This document shows positions 32,496 through 49,097 of a stretch of 64,000 bases of DNA, piece by piece (positions within the stretch are counted from its first letter, which is position 1; the number at the start of each line of letters is the position of its first letter). The stretch comes from the human T2T-CHM13v2.0 reference genome, Homo sapiens: NCBI RefSeq assembly GCF_009914755.1, contig NC_060929.1. One strand, given 5' to 3'. The notes under the pieces were generated by a model, which saw only the letters and a list, made by a program, of their open reading frames with translations, was not told the DNA's origin and searched no databases. Both the position numbers and the translations under genes were made by a program.

Positions 32496-32687
32496 GAGAT
32501 GCTCTATCACAATAAAAACATTTTTTGTTTCTTGAAATTATGCCTATAACTTACCTGAAATCATCCATACTATCCTTTTCCTTGTAATTAATCATAAATT
32601 TATCTGAAAAAGTCCTACCTAGATTAAGAAGATTGAAACTAGAGCAAAGGAAAAGTCTATTTTCTTACTCTGTTAAAACACAAAGCA

Positions 32688-33000
<313 letters not shown>

Positions 33001-33146
33001 CACAAAGCAGTAAAAACTAACGTATAGCCTTTATGCCTAATTGATAGGTTCTCAGAGAAGTAGCCCTACAGCAAAATAATTACTTTTGGCGATTTTCCCT
33101 CTCTTGCAACTTTAGAGATCTATGATATTTCCTTAAAAATGTATGA

Positions 33147-33467
<321 letters not shown>

Positions 33468-33817
33468 TAAATTGGAAATTTTGTTGTAACATTTTGGGCC
33501 CTTCCAGACATGCTTACAGAGAGAGTAGAAATAACCTTGAGACTCAAGAGTTCAGTAGAAGGGGATAAATACAAGCCATAACAGTGCTTTGATTTAGTCA
33601 CCACTTCTTGAAAAATCTTATAAAATAATGGCACTCAGGCAGATCATTATAAAAGAGTGGCACTGTCTTTTTAATTATGTAAAAAGCAAAAGAATATTAC
33701 TCTAGTAAGCCTTTCAAGTTTTTTACTTTCAAATATCAAAGTTAATTACGCATTAATATAAACCAGCTTTAGTCTGATGGGAGAAAAAGGAAAGAAAATA
33801 CATAATTTTATCTAGGG

Positions 33818-34328
<511 letters not shown>

Positions 34329-35146
34329 ATCTAGGGGGTTAAAAATAAACTGACAGGTTGAGCATTAAATTTCCAAAACATATTAACACAAGGCACTAAT
34401 TTTGATTCCAGAAACATAAGAGGGAATAATTATAAAGTACTTGAGTAAACATAGGTTTTATTGTGAGCCAGTGCTCAGAAAAAAAAACTCCCCCACGTGC
34501 ATACATTTAGTGCTTCCTCTGAAGAACCTATCACTGCTTCATCCTTCAAATTTTAGAATCCTGAGCTAGCTTCTCTTTTCAGGCAATGACGCCTTCATGT
34601 AAAGGGAAGCAAGAGAGCCAGTCAAGTATGACTGGGTACCCTCCTACCTCTCTCACCAGCCTCAGGTCTTCCCTATTCTTTTGTCCTGGGGTAAAACCTT
34701 TCATCTCTAACCCAACAGTGTCTTCTTGTCTTCTGGCTGTCCAAAGCTGCCTTTTACAGTATCGCATCTCCACTGCAGCTACCAACTGCTTCCTCTTACT
34801 CCCAGAACTGTTCCTACCCTCAGGTGAGGCCCAAAATGCTTGGCTTAGCTGTATCAAAACTTTACTAATCAAAGGCATTTACAGTTTTGTAATTCATACC
34901 AGGTATTACAATATTTATGCTTATAACATATCATGTTCAGTAGTTTTAAGTTGCACTACATTAAAAGTCAAATCCTGATCTTAGTATATTGCCTGGTCAT
35001 CTGGCTGTAATGTGAGGAATTAAAAGGAACACCAAATCTCACTCAAGTGGGAAGTAGTCATTACTATCAGAGCAGGAAAAAATAAATTACTTCCTTTTAA
35101 GCTTCTCAATTTATCTCAACTAATGAAGTCTAAAATGTTGTTTCTT

Positions 35147-35433
35147 GGCTGGGTGCGGTAGTTCATGCCTGTAATCTCAGCACTTTGGGAGGCCGAGGCA
35201 GGCAGATCACCTGAGGTCAGGAGCTCAAGACCAAACTGGCCAACATGGTAAAACCCCATCTCTGCTAAAAAAAAATACAAAAATTAGTCTGGCATGGTAG
35301 CATGTGCACCTGTAATCCCAGCTACTCAGGAGGCTGAAGCAGAATTGCTTGAACCCAGGAGGTGGAGGTTGCAGTGAGCAGAGGTCGCACCACTGCACTC
35401 CAGCCTGGGCAACAGAGAGAGGCTGTCTCAAAA
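35147..35433 (+). mobile_element. AluS
   Basis: Full dimer. Confidence 0.92.
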
Positions 35434-35602
35434 CGAAGGAGAGGAAGGGGAGGAAGGGGAGGAAGGGGAGGGGAGGGAAGAGGGGATGAAGGGGAGGGGA
35501 GAGAGGAGGGGAGGAGAGGGGGCAGGGGAAGAAGTAGAGGGGGGAGGAAGTAGAGGGGGGAGGAAGGGGGGGAGGAATGGGAGAGGAGGGAGGGAGGGGT
35601 GG
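35434..35602 (+). repeat. G-rich polypurine low-complexity tract
   Basis: (GGAAGGGGA)n-like with many G3-G6 runs, replacing the Alu tail. Confidence 0.92.
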
Positions 35603-35646
35603 TTCTTAATTTCTTGGGGATTATGGACCTCCTTAAGACTAATGGA

Positions 35647-36266
<620 letters not shown>

Positions 36267-36464
36267 CTACATATACATACACATACACACTAAAGGTCAT
36301 CTAAGGACACTTCTATTACTAAAGTGTAAGAAATATAATCTAAAATAATTAGTATATAGAAGCCCATAGACTAAACTGTTCAGCAGAATATGACTTCACA
36401 GAAGACTGGAATTAACACTTGATATTTCCACTTTTGATATTTCCACTTTTTCCCCTAACTTTCC

Positions 36465-36750
36465 TTTTTTTTTTTTTTTTGAGAGTGTTTCACTCTGTCA
36501 CCCAGGCTTGAGTGCAGTGACACCAACATGGCTCACCACAGCCTCAACCTCTGAAGCTCAGGTAATCCTCCCACCATAGCCTTCTGAGTAGCTTGAACTA
36601 TAGGTGCACATCACCACACCCGGCTAATTTTTGTATTTTATGTAGAGACAGGATTTTGCCATGTTGCCCAGGCTGGTCTCAAACTCCTGGTCGCAAGTGA
36701 TGCGTCCGCCTTGGCCTCCCAAAGTGCTAGAATTACAGGTGTGAGCCATC
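36465..36750 (-). mobile_element. AluJ
   Basis: Diverged reverse dimer. Confidence 0.9.
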
Positions 36751-36948
36751 CTCTCTAAATTCTAGAGAAAGAATTTGGAAGGGCTAAATTTCCTTCTCTC
36801 CCTTACCTCCTCCCAATTTTACCCTCTTCTTATCATCCCCCTATATTTTCTATACTTCATCTACTCAATTGGCTATCATGCAGAACTAAAGTCACTTTTA
36901 GTATTATTTACACTTATTGGCAATTGTGTATTTCCCATTCTCATTTCA

Positions 36949-37110
<162 letters not shown>

Positions 37111-37418
37111 AAATAGCAGAGGTTTATTTCTTTAAGGAAAAATGAAAACATTTATTGAGTATCTACTATTTGCCTGATATTTGCCCACATATTATCTCTA
37201 ATCTTAACAATTCTGTAACGGAGAAAAAAAAAGGTCTCCCCAAAATATCTATGTTTGAAAACTTAAGAGTCAATGAGTCACAGGTCAAGAAAAGTCAAAA
37301 GGTAAATGACAAAATAGTTAAAAGTGAACAAGGAAAATACCACAAGTCGAAACTTAAAGGATACAGCTAAAATACCACATGAAAATTGTAAACCCTTAAA
37401 TTCCTGCATTAGAAATTA

Positions 37419-37739
<321 letters not shown>

Positions 37740-39510
37740 TTATTTTTAAAAGCTCAAGAAACTAAAAGCAATATAGAACAGAAATTAAGGAAATGAAAAA
37801 TAAAGGAAAAGACTATCAACAAAACCAAATGCCTTTTTTTAAACAGGCTGATGAAATGGTCAGTCCTACTTTAGCTTAAGAATATAAAAGAAGACACAAA
37901 TACAGCAAATTACTAAAAAAAAAAAAAAAAAGGCACTAATTGTATCTCTGGGCTAAATTTCATCAAACTCAGAGACACTAAGTAACTCACCCAAGTGCAC
38001 AGCACTTGAGTGAACACTAAGGCAGATAATCCAGTATTACACAGTTGGTAAGCAGGGAAACCAAAACTTTAACAAAAAGTTTCTCTTCTTTTCACCACAT
38101 TACACAGCCTCTCTCTTAGGAAAGGAGCCTAACTTCCAGGGTCTCTATGTGATACACACAATAAATCTTAACCCTATTAAATTTGGTTAAGTAGCCATCC
38201 TGCTGCAAACTATGGAAGAGAAATGTTGAAACCTCAGCAAAATGTATAAGAAAAATAAACAGTGTGGGAGTTGCTTCTAGGAGCTGATTTTTTACCAAAA
38301 AGGTAATAAATAAAACTAATATGTAAGAAACACATTCCATTCCCCCCAAAATTCCGGCATATGTAAATTTAACCATGTTTGTACATTTTTCTACATGTAT
38401 ATTTGGATCTGACAAGTTAAGTCTACAGTTACTTTTGTGAAGTTTGCTTCCATGAACCCTTTCATTTTCTCCTTTTAGTAGTCAAAGGTTAGAAGTAAAT
38501 AAAATTTTTTTTGGCTCTTTACTACTTTGTTACCTGAGCAGTTTTCAGAAAGTTTATTTATTCCAAACTTAAGGAATGTTCTCTGTGTCCAATTCAGTTT
38601 GGACAAAATACATTTTGGGGAGAAAAATATGCAATATATTTCTTGCTTTCTTTGGAAACAGGTGTTGCAAATTCTTTCCAGAATCACATGAAAAATTCTC
38701 CTACTAATCAAGTTGTGTGTTATTTCTGAACAGAAAGGGTTCTCTTCCCCTTCTTTACAAAAGATCATTAGATGTCCAAGAGTAAAGAAAGTCATTCAAA
38801 ATTTTACCAACTTAATAAGCAAAACTAAAAAGTTTGCCAGATAAGACAGCTTGTTTCCTCTGTAGGTCAAGTATACAGACTCCATCCTGATTATCATTCC
38901 TGATCATTTGGCACATGTTTCATGTCTAGCACACACCTAGACATTCATATCTGGCACTCAGAAAAGAATACAGACTGAAGATGAATATCTGGAATTATCA
39001 GTTATAAAGGAAATAGCTGAAGCCATGAGACTTTAAGATTGCTCGGAAAAAGTGGCATGAGCCATAATCTTGGAAAGAAAAGAGAAAGTCAACAGCCAAC
39101 TAAGAAGAAATGAACTACCAGGAAAGTAGGATGAAGAGTATGAAAGGGAGCAGGGAAAATGAAGGAGCACTTTTCAAAAATGTTAATAGTAGCTACTTTT
39201 TACTTAACCCCCACCTTATGCCACGACAGCATGCTAGGTGTTACAGCTTTCCAATCCTTCAATAAGTTTAAAAGGTAAATATTATTGTATAATTTTGAAA
39301 ATGAGGAAACCTGCCCAAAGCCACGTAGGTTGCAGAATTGAGATTCAAACCCAATTGAGTCAATGAGACCGAGAGCCCTCTGGGTTCACCTGGTCTTAGT
39401 GAATCCAGCAGGCTCTCAGTCTCATTGAGTAGTAAAAGAACAAAGTACAGATAAAAGGTCACTGATGATTTTTTTAGTCCACCTATATCTGCACACTGAT
39501 CACTGAAAAC

Positions 39511-39807
39511 TTTTTTTTTTTTTTTGAGACAAGAGTCTCACTCTGTTGCCCAGGTGGGAGTGCAATGGCACAATCTCAACTCACTGCAACCTCCACCTCC
39601 CAGGTTCAAGCAATTCTCATGCCTCAGCCTCCTGGAGACCTGAGATTTCAGGCATGTGCCACCATGCCTGGCTAATTTTTATATTTTTATTAGAGACAGG
39701 GTTTCGCCATGTTGGCTATGCTGGTCTCAAACTCCTGGCCTCAAGCAATCCTCCTGCCTCAGCCTCCCAAAGTGCTAGGATTACAGGCATGAGCCACCAT
39801 GCCTGGT
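39511..39807 (-). mobile_element. Alu (J/S)
   Basis: Reverse dimer. Confidence 0.9.
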
Positions 39808-40500
39808 CTAATAATTCTTGACAGAAGGCCATGCCCAGTTCGCATGACCTCCCCAAAGGGACCCAGGGCCTGCTACTCTCCACAGCTATACAAATGAAAT
39901 ATGAAGTTTATTTCTTCCCACTTCCCATTCTCTTTGGCCCTGATGGAAAAGATATGGCAAGCAGGAAGAAAGTGAGATAAGACACTGTGGGCACCTCTAT
40001 GTGTCTGGCACCATATTGAATATTTATTTTCATTTAATTCTCATAATTCTAAAACACATGATCCAAGAAGGCACAGACATTTCTGTTTTGTTCACCAATA
40101 TATCCCAAGTACTTAAGTCATTGCCTAGAACAAGGCAGGCCTTCAACAAATATTTGATGAATGAACAGTCATCCTGCAAAACAGGTATTATTATCCCCAT
40201 TTTAAAGATCTGGGAGTGGCTCAGAAAGGACAAGTAACTTAATTAAAATCATACATATAATAAACAGGGTGAAATTAAAAATATTTAATAACTCATACTT
40301 GTACCAGCATCGGCCACTCAGAACAGACACTAGCTGGTGCTAGAGGAGCTGGGTTCTGCTTCAAACTTTTAGCTGAGGTATCATAGGGAGGTCCATAGAA
40401 GGGACTAAGACAATGAAGAGTCATGGGGCAGGGGAAGTGAAGATCCAGGTGTACACTGGCTGTCAGCCTCAATAGTTAAGTGGTGCACTCAGGATTCCAA

Positions 40501-40577
40501 CCTGTACTTATTTGACCCTAAAACGTTCTAAATAAAGTGGGTACCATTTAGAAGATTTCAGAGTCAGATAAGTGAGG
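40501..40577 (-). ncRNA. MIR5687: pre-miRNA hairpin MIR5687 (mature arm about 40510-40531, UUAGAACGUUUUAGGGUCAAAU)
   Basis: Imperfect inverted repeat with arms of about 32 bp (cctgtacttatttgaccctaaaacgttctaaat / atttagaagatttcagagtcagataagtgagg). The sequence matches my recollection of hsa-mir-5687, which is annotated in a PLPP1 intron. Confidence 0.85.
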
Positions 40578-41869
40578 AGAGCAGAGAACAACTAGAGCTT
40601 TTAATAGAGTAGAAAAAAACTAGTCAAAACAACTACAATGTGAAATGGAATTAGAACTGAATTTAAAAATTGGTAACTGAACTCAATCTGCTGTTAGACA
40701 ACTAAAAAACAGGATGATTTCACTAAAGTAACGTAGAGGGGAATGAGTAACAAAGAGAAATAAATGTGAATGGGCAAAGCAAAACTACAGCATGAAGATT
40801 TTCAATTTCAGGTAAACAATTTGTGTATGTTTCAATAAGAAATGAAAAATCAACACTGGTTCTTGAGCAAGAAAGCTGTGCTTCAGGACAATGAATTTGT
40901 GCAAGGTATTGGTAGGGAAGGGGCAGAGCCTGGTGGCAGGTGAGAGGTATCAGTGATAGCACTGTACAGTATATTTGAGTGTGATTCACAGAGATGTTAT
41001 GAAAAGTGTTAACAGGCAAGAATTCAAAGAACAGTGCACCCTCAACTTTTAGAGGCACCTACATTCTGGTCACTTAGCTTACAGTCACCATCTCTCTGTG
41101 GCTGACATGGTTTTATTATAAAAAGTTCTTCGTTATCTTTTCTTTTTTATTTTAAAATTAGGATAAAAGGGAGAAAAAGCAGTTGGGATATAGGATATAA
41201 GTGACACTTACCAAAGATGGTTTTTACATTTGTAGTTTTACGTCAGTAATTGCCTACAATATCCTCAACCTTGGAGTAGCTTAGTTCATTAAGACACTTA
41301 AAATAAATTTGTGTATATATTTAATGAGCTTTTAAAAAATCACGAGCTATTAGGGCAAGTTACTTCACTATGGACTCTCACATTTCCACACAAATAAAAA
41401 ACAAGTTAACCTATTTATTTATACACTAACAAAAACAAAAAGCAAACCTTCTCACCTGTTGTTCCCTTCCCAGAAAGGCACAAGAAAACAGTGCCAACTG
41501 GCCAAGAACAACATTAATTCCTTCCACTCCCTCATGGTACAGCTGTTCGCTTTCTTTCTCTTCCCTTTTAAGATGGCAAAGGTCACAATCAGTAGTAAAC
41601 CGGCCACGTGATTTTTATATGTCAAAAGCAAGGAGATAACTGAGGTAAAGGGTACTGGGAGAGACAGCTGATTTTTTTCAATTGTACTTTCTCCTGGCCA
41701 CTTATCGGGAAACTATTTAGGGCTTCCATGGTATTTGAAGCTATAACTTAATAACTTCTTTGCCAAAAAACATTCTGTTTACATGGAACTAGGGTTAGAA
41801 GTGATATAAGCACATTTAGAAAGGGACAAAAACCTACAGCAAAACTGTACAGTAACATTTACATCACAG

Positions 41870-42200
41870 TACTTGGCATAATCAAAAACGCATTATGCTA
41901 TGTGAAAGAGACTAGACTCAAATGGCTACATACTATATAGCCTTTATGATTCCATTTATATGACATTATATGACATTCCATTTATATGACATATAGGATA
42001 GAGAACACATCACTGTTTGCCAAAAGTCAAGGCTGGTGGGAGGAGCTGACTACAAAGAAGAAGAATGAGGGCACTCAGGGAGGTAACACACCAATTCAGT
42101 ATCTTGATTGTATCTGGTTACAGGACTAAATTCCATATTATCTGAATTCACAGAACTGTACACTAAATGAGTCAATCTTACTATACATTTTTAAAACACA
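41870..42200 (+). mobile_element. L1M 3'UTR fragment
   Basis: TATGATTCCATTTATATGACATT, GTATCTTGATTGT and TCACAGAACTGTACACTAAA. Confidence 0.75.
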
Positions 42201-42419
42201 ACAATTAAATTTTAGCTTAAGCCTCATCTCACCTACTCCTCATACCTATTTCAAACCTCTTGACATGCTCTACACAATGACCCCACCCCCTCCACCTAGC
42301 TAATGCCTACTTGCCATTCTAGCTTCCATTCAGCTACTGGTGGAACCAATCCTTTGGTGTGCCAGGGTGGAGTACTGGACAGAGTTGGGTAGTCAAGTAA
42401 TCTGGCTGGGTTTACTTCT

Positions 42420-42600
42420 GGCTTTCTCCCAGTTACTACTTGTGGGAGCTTGGGCAAATTACTTACCTGTCTGAGCTCAGTTTCCTCATCTGGTAAGTAA
42501 GAATAATACTGTGTACATACCTCCCAGAACTGCTGCAAACTAAGAGCCTAGTAATGTGCCTAACTTAGTGCCTGGCACATTAAGAGGATTAATAAATGCT
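42420..42600. mobile_element. MIR
   Basis: TTGGGCAAATTACTTACCTGTCTGAGCTCAGTTTCCTCATCTG core. Confidence 0.8.
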
Positions 42601-43297
42601 TACTCCCTGATCTTTCTTCCCTGCCTACTGCCCTCACAACCCCTGCTCTCTTTCCGAGCCCCCATGGACCTTATACATATATAAACCTATCACAACACTT
42701 AGTTTATTATTGTAATTCTTTATCTCTGCAAATAAAATGTGTCTATGTATCTCTTTAATCCCAGAATTCACAGAAACCAGCATATTCATTGCCTAATAGT
42801 AAATTGTTTGAAGAATAATCTGTCCACCTGATCTGATCTTGTTGTTAAAGGAGTTACTGGAAAAGAGAGAGAAGCAGGCTGAAAAGGACAGAGTACAGTG
42901 AGAGAGTTTGAGATGGACAACCCAAGGTTTGCCAAAGTTTCCACAAGGACGTTGTACACAGCATAATAGCACAATTGCAAATAACCTAAATATCCAAAAA
43001 TGGGGGCAAAGTGACTTCTACCAAATACATACAGTGAAATACCATATAACCATTAAAATTTCAGACAATTATATTGAAAATTACAAAATATATGTATACA
43101 TGCAGTAATATCACAAGTTTTTTTTTCTTTTAAAGCATGGGTTTAAAAAAATGTGGGTATATGGACATTAAAAAGCACTGGAAAGATAAGCAACCAAAAT
43201 GTTAAAAGGGGTAATCTTTGGATGATGGTGAGAATATTACTAATGATATTTATTTTCTTTTCTGGGCTCTTCAGACTTTAGCGATTTAACACGTGTT

Positions 43298-43803
<506 letters not shown>

Positions 43804-43837
43804 TCAGGAATCAGAATATTTTTTAAGAAAGCAAGCT

Positions 43838-44155
<318 letters not shown>

Positions 44156-44302
44156 GTAACATAAAACTTACTAATGACAGTATTCCATATCATCCAAGGT
44201 TCAAATGTCTAAAAATTAGAGTTAAAAAGTAGATTGTGCCAAACCTATACAATGAAATACTATGTATTTCCAAAGTCAAAAGAGTAAAATACATTATAAA
44301 CT

Positions 44303-44333
44303 ACACACACACACATACACACACACACACACA
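44303..44333 (+). repeat. (CA)n microsatellite
   Basis: About 15 units with one interruption. Similar tracts occur near 13855, 27401 and 30080. Confidence 0.9.
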
Positions 44334-44858
44334 CCCCTTTGGGGAAAGAAACAAGGTATGGGGAGCTCCTCTAATGGAAAAGTAATTTTTAACTTGGAAA
44401 ATCTATAACAGATGTATGTACAAGAACATTTCACCAAATATTAACAACACTGTATTTTAGTGGTCTTTCTTCAAACGCTTGTCAAAAACCAATAAATTTC
44501 AGAAGACAAGGCAGGATAGTGAATCAAGGAGAAGGTTCCCCTTTGAAGTATAGTTTCTACAGAGTTTATTAAGTCTTTAAAGAACTTGTGACCTGTAGAG
44601 TTTTGTCCGGGTATTATTTAAGCTTGTAAAGCAAAGCATCCTATATTCAGGTGAGAACACGTGGTTAACTTATTTCTCTCTTTGAACCAACAATGAGATT
44701 TCTAGTCTTAGCAATTCTACCCACAAAATTCCCTTAACCAATGAAGTCTCCCTTATTAGTAACTGGGAAAGAAATAATTTCTCCTATTTCATAGTAAGGC
44801 CCATATTCCAAAGAATATCAAGTATGTGTTTACTATAGTATTACTACTATAATGACTC

Positions 44859-45216
<358 letters not shown>

Positions 45217-45258
45217 TAAAAATTCTAGGGTAATCAACTTCTGTAAAGGTTCATACAT

Positions 45259-45510
45259 AGGCTAGGAGTGGTGGCTAATGCCTGTAATCCTAGCACTTTG
45301 GGAGGCAGAGGTGAGAGGATCTCCTGAGCCCAGCCTGGACAACACAGTGAGACCAGGACTCGACAAAAATTTTAAAAATTAGCCAAGCATGGCAGCGCAC
45401 ATCTGTGGTTCCAGCTACTCAGGAGGCTGAAGTGTGAGGAATGCTTAAACATAGGAGGTCAAGGCTACAGTGAGCCATGTTTGTGCCACTGCACTTCAGC
45501 CTGGGAGACA
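45259..45510 (+). mobile_element. AluJ (internally deleted, tailless)
   Basis: Diverged dimer ending at GGGAGACAGA. Confidence 0.85.
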
Positions 45511-45698
45511 GATGTTGTGTAGGGTGGGGATTGAAAGCACATTTTAACACCTTTAAGGAGACTGCTTTAGCAATCAAACTTACGGAAATCAGACTGACTT
45601 CATTTCAGTCATTTTGGTATACAATTAGTTATCTCAGTGTTCAAAATATGTGTAGAAAAAAAATTCGAAAATCAAAAATACAAACAAAAAATTTTAAA

Positions 45699-46005
45699 TG
45701 GCCAGGCACATGGCTCATGCCTATAATCCCAGCACTTTGGTAGGCCAAGGCAGGCAGATTGCTTGAGCCCAGGAGTGCAAGACCTGCCTAGACAACATAA
45801 CAAAACCCCATCTCTACAAAAGAAACAAGTATAAAAATTAGTCAGCTGTGGTGGCATGCACCTGTAATCCCAGCTACTCAGGAGGCTGAGGTGGGAGGAT
45901 CAAATTGAGCCCTGGAGGTCAAGGCTGCAGTTAGCTGTGATCACACCACTGCACTCCACCCTGAACAACAGAGTGAGGAAGACCTGGTCTCAAAAAAAAA
46001 AAAAA
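45699..46005 (+). mobile_element. AluJ
   Basis: Diverged dimer. Confidence 0.9.
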
Positions 46006-47079
46006 TTAAACAACCAAATAAAATCCAGACCTGACACCTCAGCTGGTTTTGAAAGTTCATATCCCCCCACCATAAAAAGAATTTTAAATCTTAAAAGTAT
46101 TTATGTGGGTCCATCACATCTAGTTTGAAGTTATGCCAAATGGCAATGGCCCAGAAACTAAAATAAAGTTATACTAAGGTGTGTCTCAGAAGGAAAACAT
46201 AAAAACTCTTACTCTGGCAGGAAGTTACCAAATTGGCATATCTAAATTAGTAAGCTTTGTTTAAAACACACACGCTTTTTTTTTAAAGGCACACAAATAT
46301 AAGGCATACATGCCAAAAACGACTGGCAAAATACTTATTTATTGGTTATTATTGCAGTAGCAAATCATATTTCCATTTCCCCAGAAATGTATGCTTGTAT
46401 CACTCAAGTTATTTTACACAAAAGATAAGATGAAGAAGGAAGGATTCCCACAAATGATTCCTTTGAGGCTAAGAGCAAACTTATAATGCTGAAACTACAC
46501 AATAAACAACTGTTACCATGAGAAGCAAGAAAACAGGTAGACATCAGCTTATTGAGTGCCTACTAAATACCTGCTACTTTATATACACAGATTGTCATTT
46601 AATCCTAACAAATCCGTGAAGTAGACAGTATTCGCTCCATTATACAAATGAAGAAATTGAAGCTCTTTAGGACTAAATAATCAACTGTGCGACCTAACAC
46701 AAGAAAATAGCAAAGCAGTATTACCAGGCTCCAATCCCAGACTCTTTCCGCTATACTTGGTGATAGTTAGAAAACAATATATCAAATTCTCAGCAATGAG
46801 GGTTCTGTAAGGGTGGTCAACGATTCCTATACCATTGTTCTAAAAATGACATTTCTCCTTCTGGCAAGATTCTTCTTCCTTCATCTGGCACATCATAGGA
46901 AACACAAAAAACTATGATCCCAGACTATTCATGTTTCAGCTGATATCCCTAACAGGTCCTCCTCCTATCCTCCTCAGAGATGATCCTGCTAGCCTGTGCT
47001 TGTTATTTTCTAAAGGAGGTTCATGTTGCACATGTATTCACTCAGCCAATATTTGAGTGTCTTCTCCCTTAAGCTACCA

Positions 47080-48145
47080 CATTCTCCCTTCTTCCTCAAT
47101 CCAACTTTTTCAAAGAATAATCTATACCCAGCAATATCCATCTCTTTCAGCTTCCAACTCACCACTGAAATGGCTTTACATAAGGTTATAAATGATCTTT
47201 GTGTAACTAAACCCAATGGACACTCTCCAGTCTTTATCTTGTTTGACCCTTCAGAACAAAGTAGATCGTTACCACTCTCTCCACTTGGCTTCCCAGAAAC
47301 ACTCTCCTAGCTTTTAAGGAATTGCTTCTCAGTCTTGGTGGTCTTAATTCCCTCCAACCAATCTGAAAAGTCAGTGTTTCTCAAAGCTCAGTATAAAGTC
47401 TTCTTCCTTTTCATTTTATAACTTCTTCCTGAAATTTCATCAATTCTCATGGCTTCAATTACCACGAATATGCCAACGATTCTCAAAAGTCTGACCATTC
47501 CTCTGAGCTCTAGAACCATTATCCAAACAAGAACTTGGTACTTCCACTTAAATATTTCAAAAACATCTTAAACTTACATGCCCCAAACCAAACGATCTCC
47601 TCCCCATCCCCCTTCCTATCAAACCAGGTTCTCATCTAGCACACTCCACCTCAGTAACTGGCAGGAACCAACATCTGTTCAATTATACAAGCCAGAAGCT
47701 TCAGAACTATTCTTGACATTTCTCTCTCTCCTACCCTACACCTTCAACATGTCACCAAGACAGGTATCCTTTACTTCCCAAATACCTCTGAAATGTATCT
47801 ACTTTTCTCCATTTCTACCACCATCACCACCACCTCTTTAGTCTCACTGCCTGCCTCACTTGGACTGTTACAGCAGCTTCCTAACTGATCTCCCTAAATC
47901 CATTATTTCTTAGCTCTAATCTATCATTCTACCCTGCAGCCAAAGTAATCATTTTTAAAAGCTACCTCATCCTCCTTTTTTTTAGACCCCTTATTATAAA
48001 CTATCATAGCACCCATACTTCTCCTTCACAATACTTATTGGTTCATTTTTCATATTTATTTGTATGATTACTTGTATCTCTATTACCTAAGACAGTGCTT
48101 GGCACACAGTATATGAGCAACAGACATTTGTGGAATAAACAAATG
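47080..48145 (+). mobile_element. L2 LINE 3' portion
   Basis: CACTGAAATGGCTTTACATAAGGTTATAAATGATC..., CTTCCTAACTGATCTCCC and the terminal GTGCTTGGCACACAGTA...ATTTGTGGAATAAA. Confidence 0.8.
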
Positions 48146-48789
48146 CCCACTATGTAACGGTGACTGGGCCACATGCCAAGGAGAACATACAGATTAAGAC
48201 ACAGTCCTTTTCAGATAAACTAAAGCTGTGAACTCAGGTGAGTTACCCAAGCAACAGGTGACAGAACTGAGATTCAAACTCAGACCTGTATGCTTCCAAT
48301 GTCCATACTCAAACTTTATGTGTCCCATGAACACAAAAGAATTCTGCAAAATATCTACATATTAGTAAAAATGAATGGAAATTTGTTTCGTGTCTTAATA
48401 AAATACAAAATCTGCAGTTGAAATTGCAAGGTAAGAATCATCTTAGCATTCTAAGCTCTTTTAAAAGGTACAACACTGTTTCCCTGTTATTTTGGGTAAT
48501 TATAGCTTACATAAACATAATGGTAGCCCATTCAAATAGTATCCATTTACATTCTTTATTGCAGAAAGTATTAATATGTCTTTATCTCATATAATTCACT
48601 AAAGTCTCCTATAATTCACTATAAGTCAGATAATTCACTAAAATATGTCTATGGCTAGCCTCATAGCAACTATAACACTTCTGCTACAATTCTATTTGAC
48701 AGTCCAAAATTTCAAACTCCTCTGCTTTTACTACAACTTTAATTTACAAAATATTCAACCAAATTATGCTATCTTTCAAATCAAATATT

Positions 48790-49097
48790 TCTTTTTTTAC
48801 TTTTTTCAAGACCCTATCTCACTCTGTCGCCCAGGCTAGAGTATAGTGGTGCAATCACAGCTCATTGCAGCCTTGACCTTCCCAGGCTCAGGTGATCCAC
48901 CTCAACCCCCAAGTTAGCTGGGGACTACAGGCCTGCACCACCAAGCCCAGTTAATTTTGTTTTGTTTTGTTTTTTTGGGTAGAAACAAGGTTTTGCCATG
49001 TTGCCCAGGCTGGTCTTGAACTCCTGGGCTCAAGCGACCTGCCCACCCCTGCCTCCCAAAGTGCTGGGAATACAGGTGTGAGCTACAACACCAGGCC
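48790..49097 (-). mobile_element. AluJ
   Basis: Diverged reverse dimer. Confidence 0.88.

Noticed and set aside
34579-34978. Overlapping antiparallel non-Alu ORFs of 99 and 130 aa
   Set aside because: No recognisable domain and no clear exon boundaries. ORFs of this length are expected by chance in 64 kb. Ribo-seq or PhyloCSF support would be needed.
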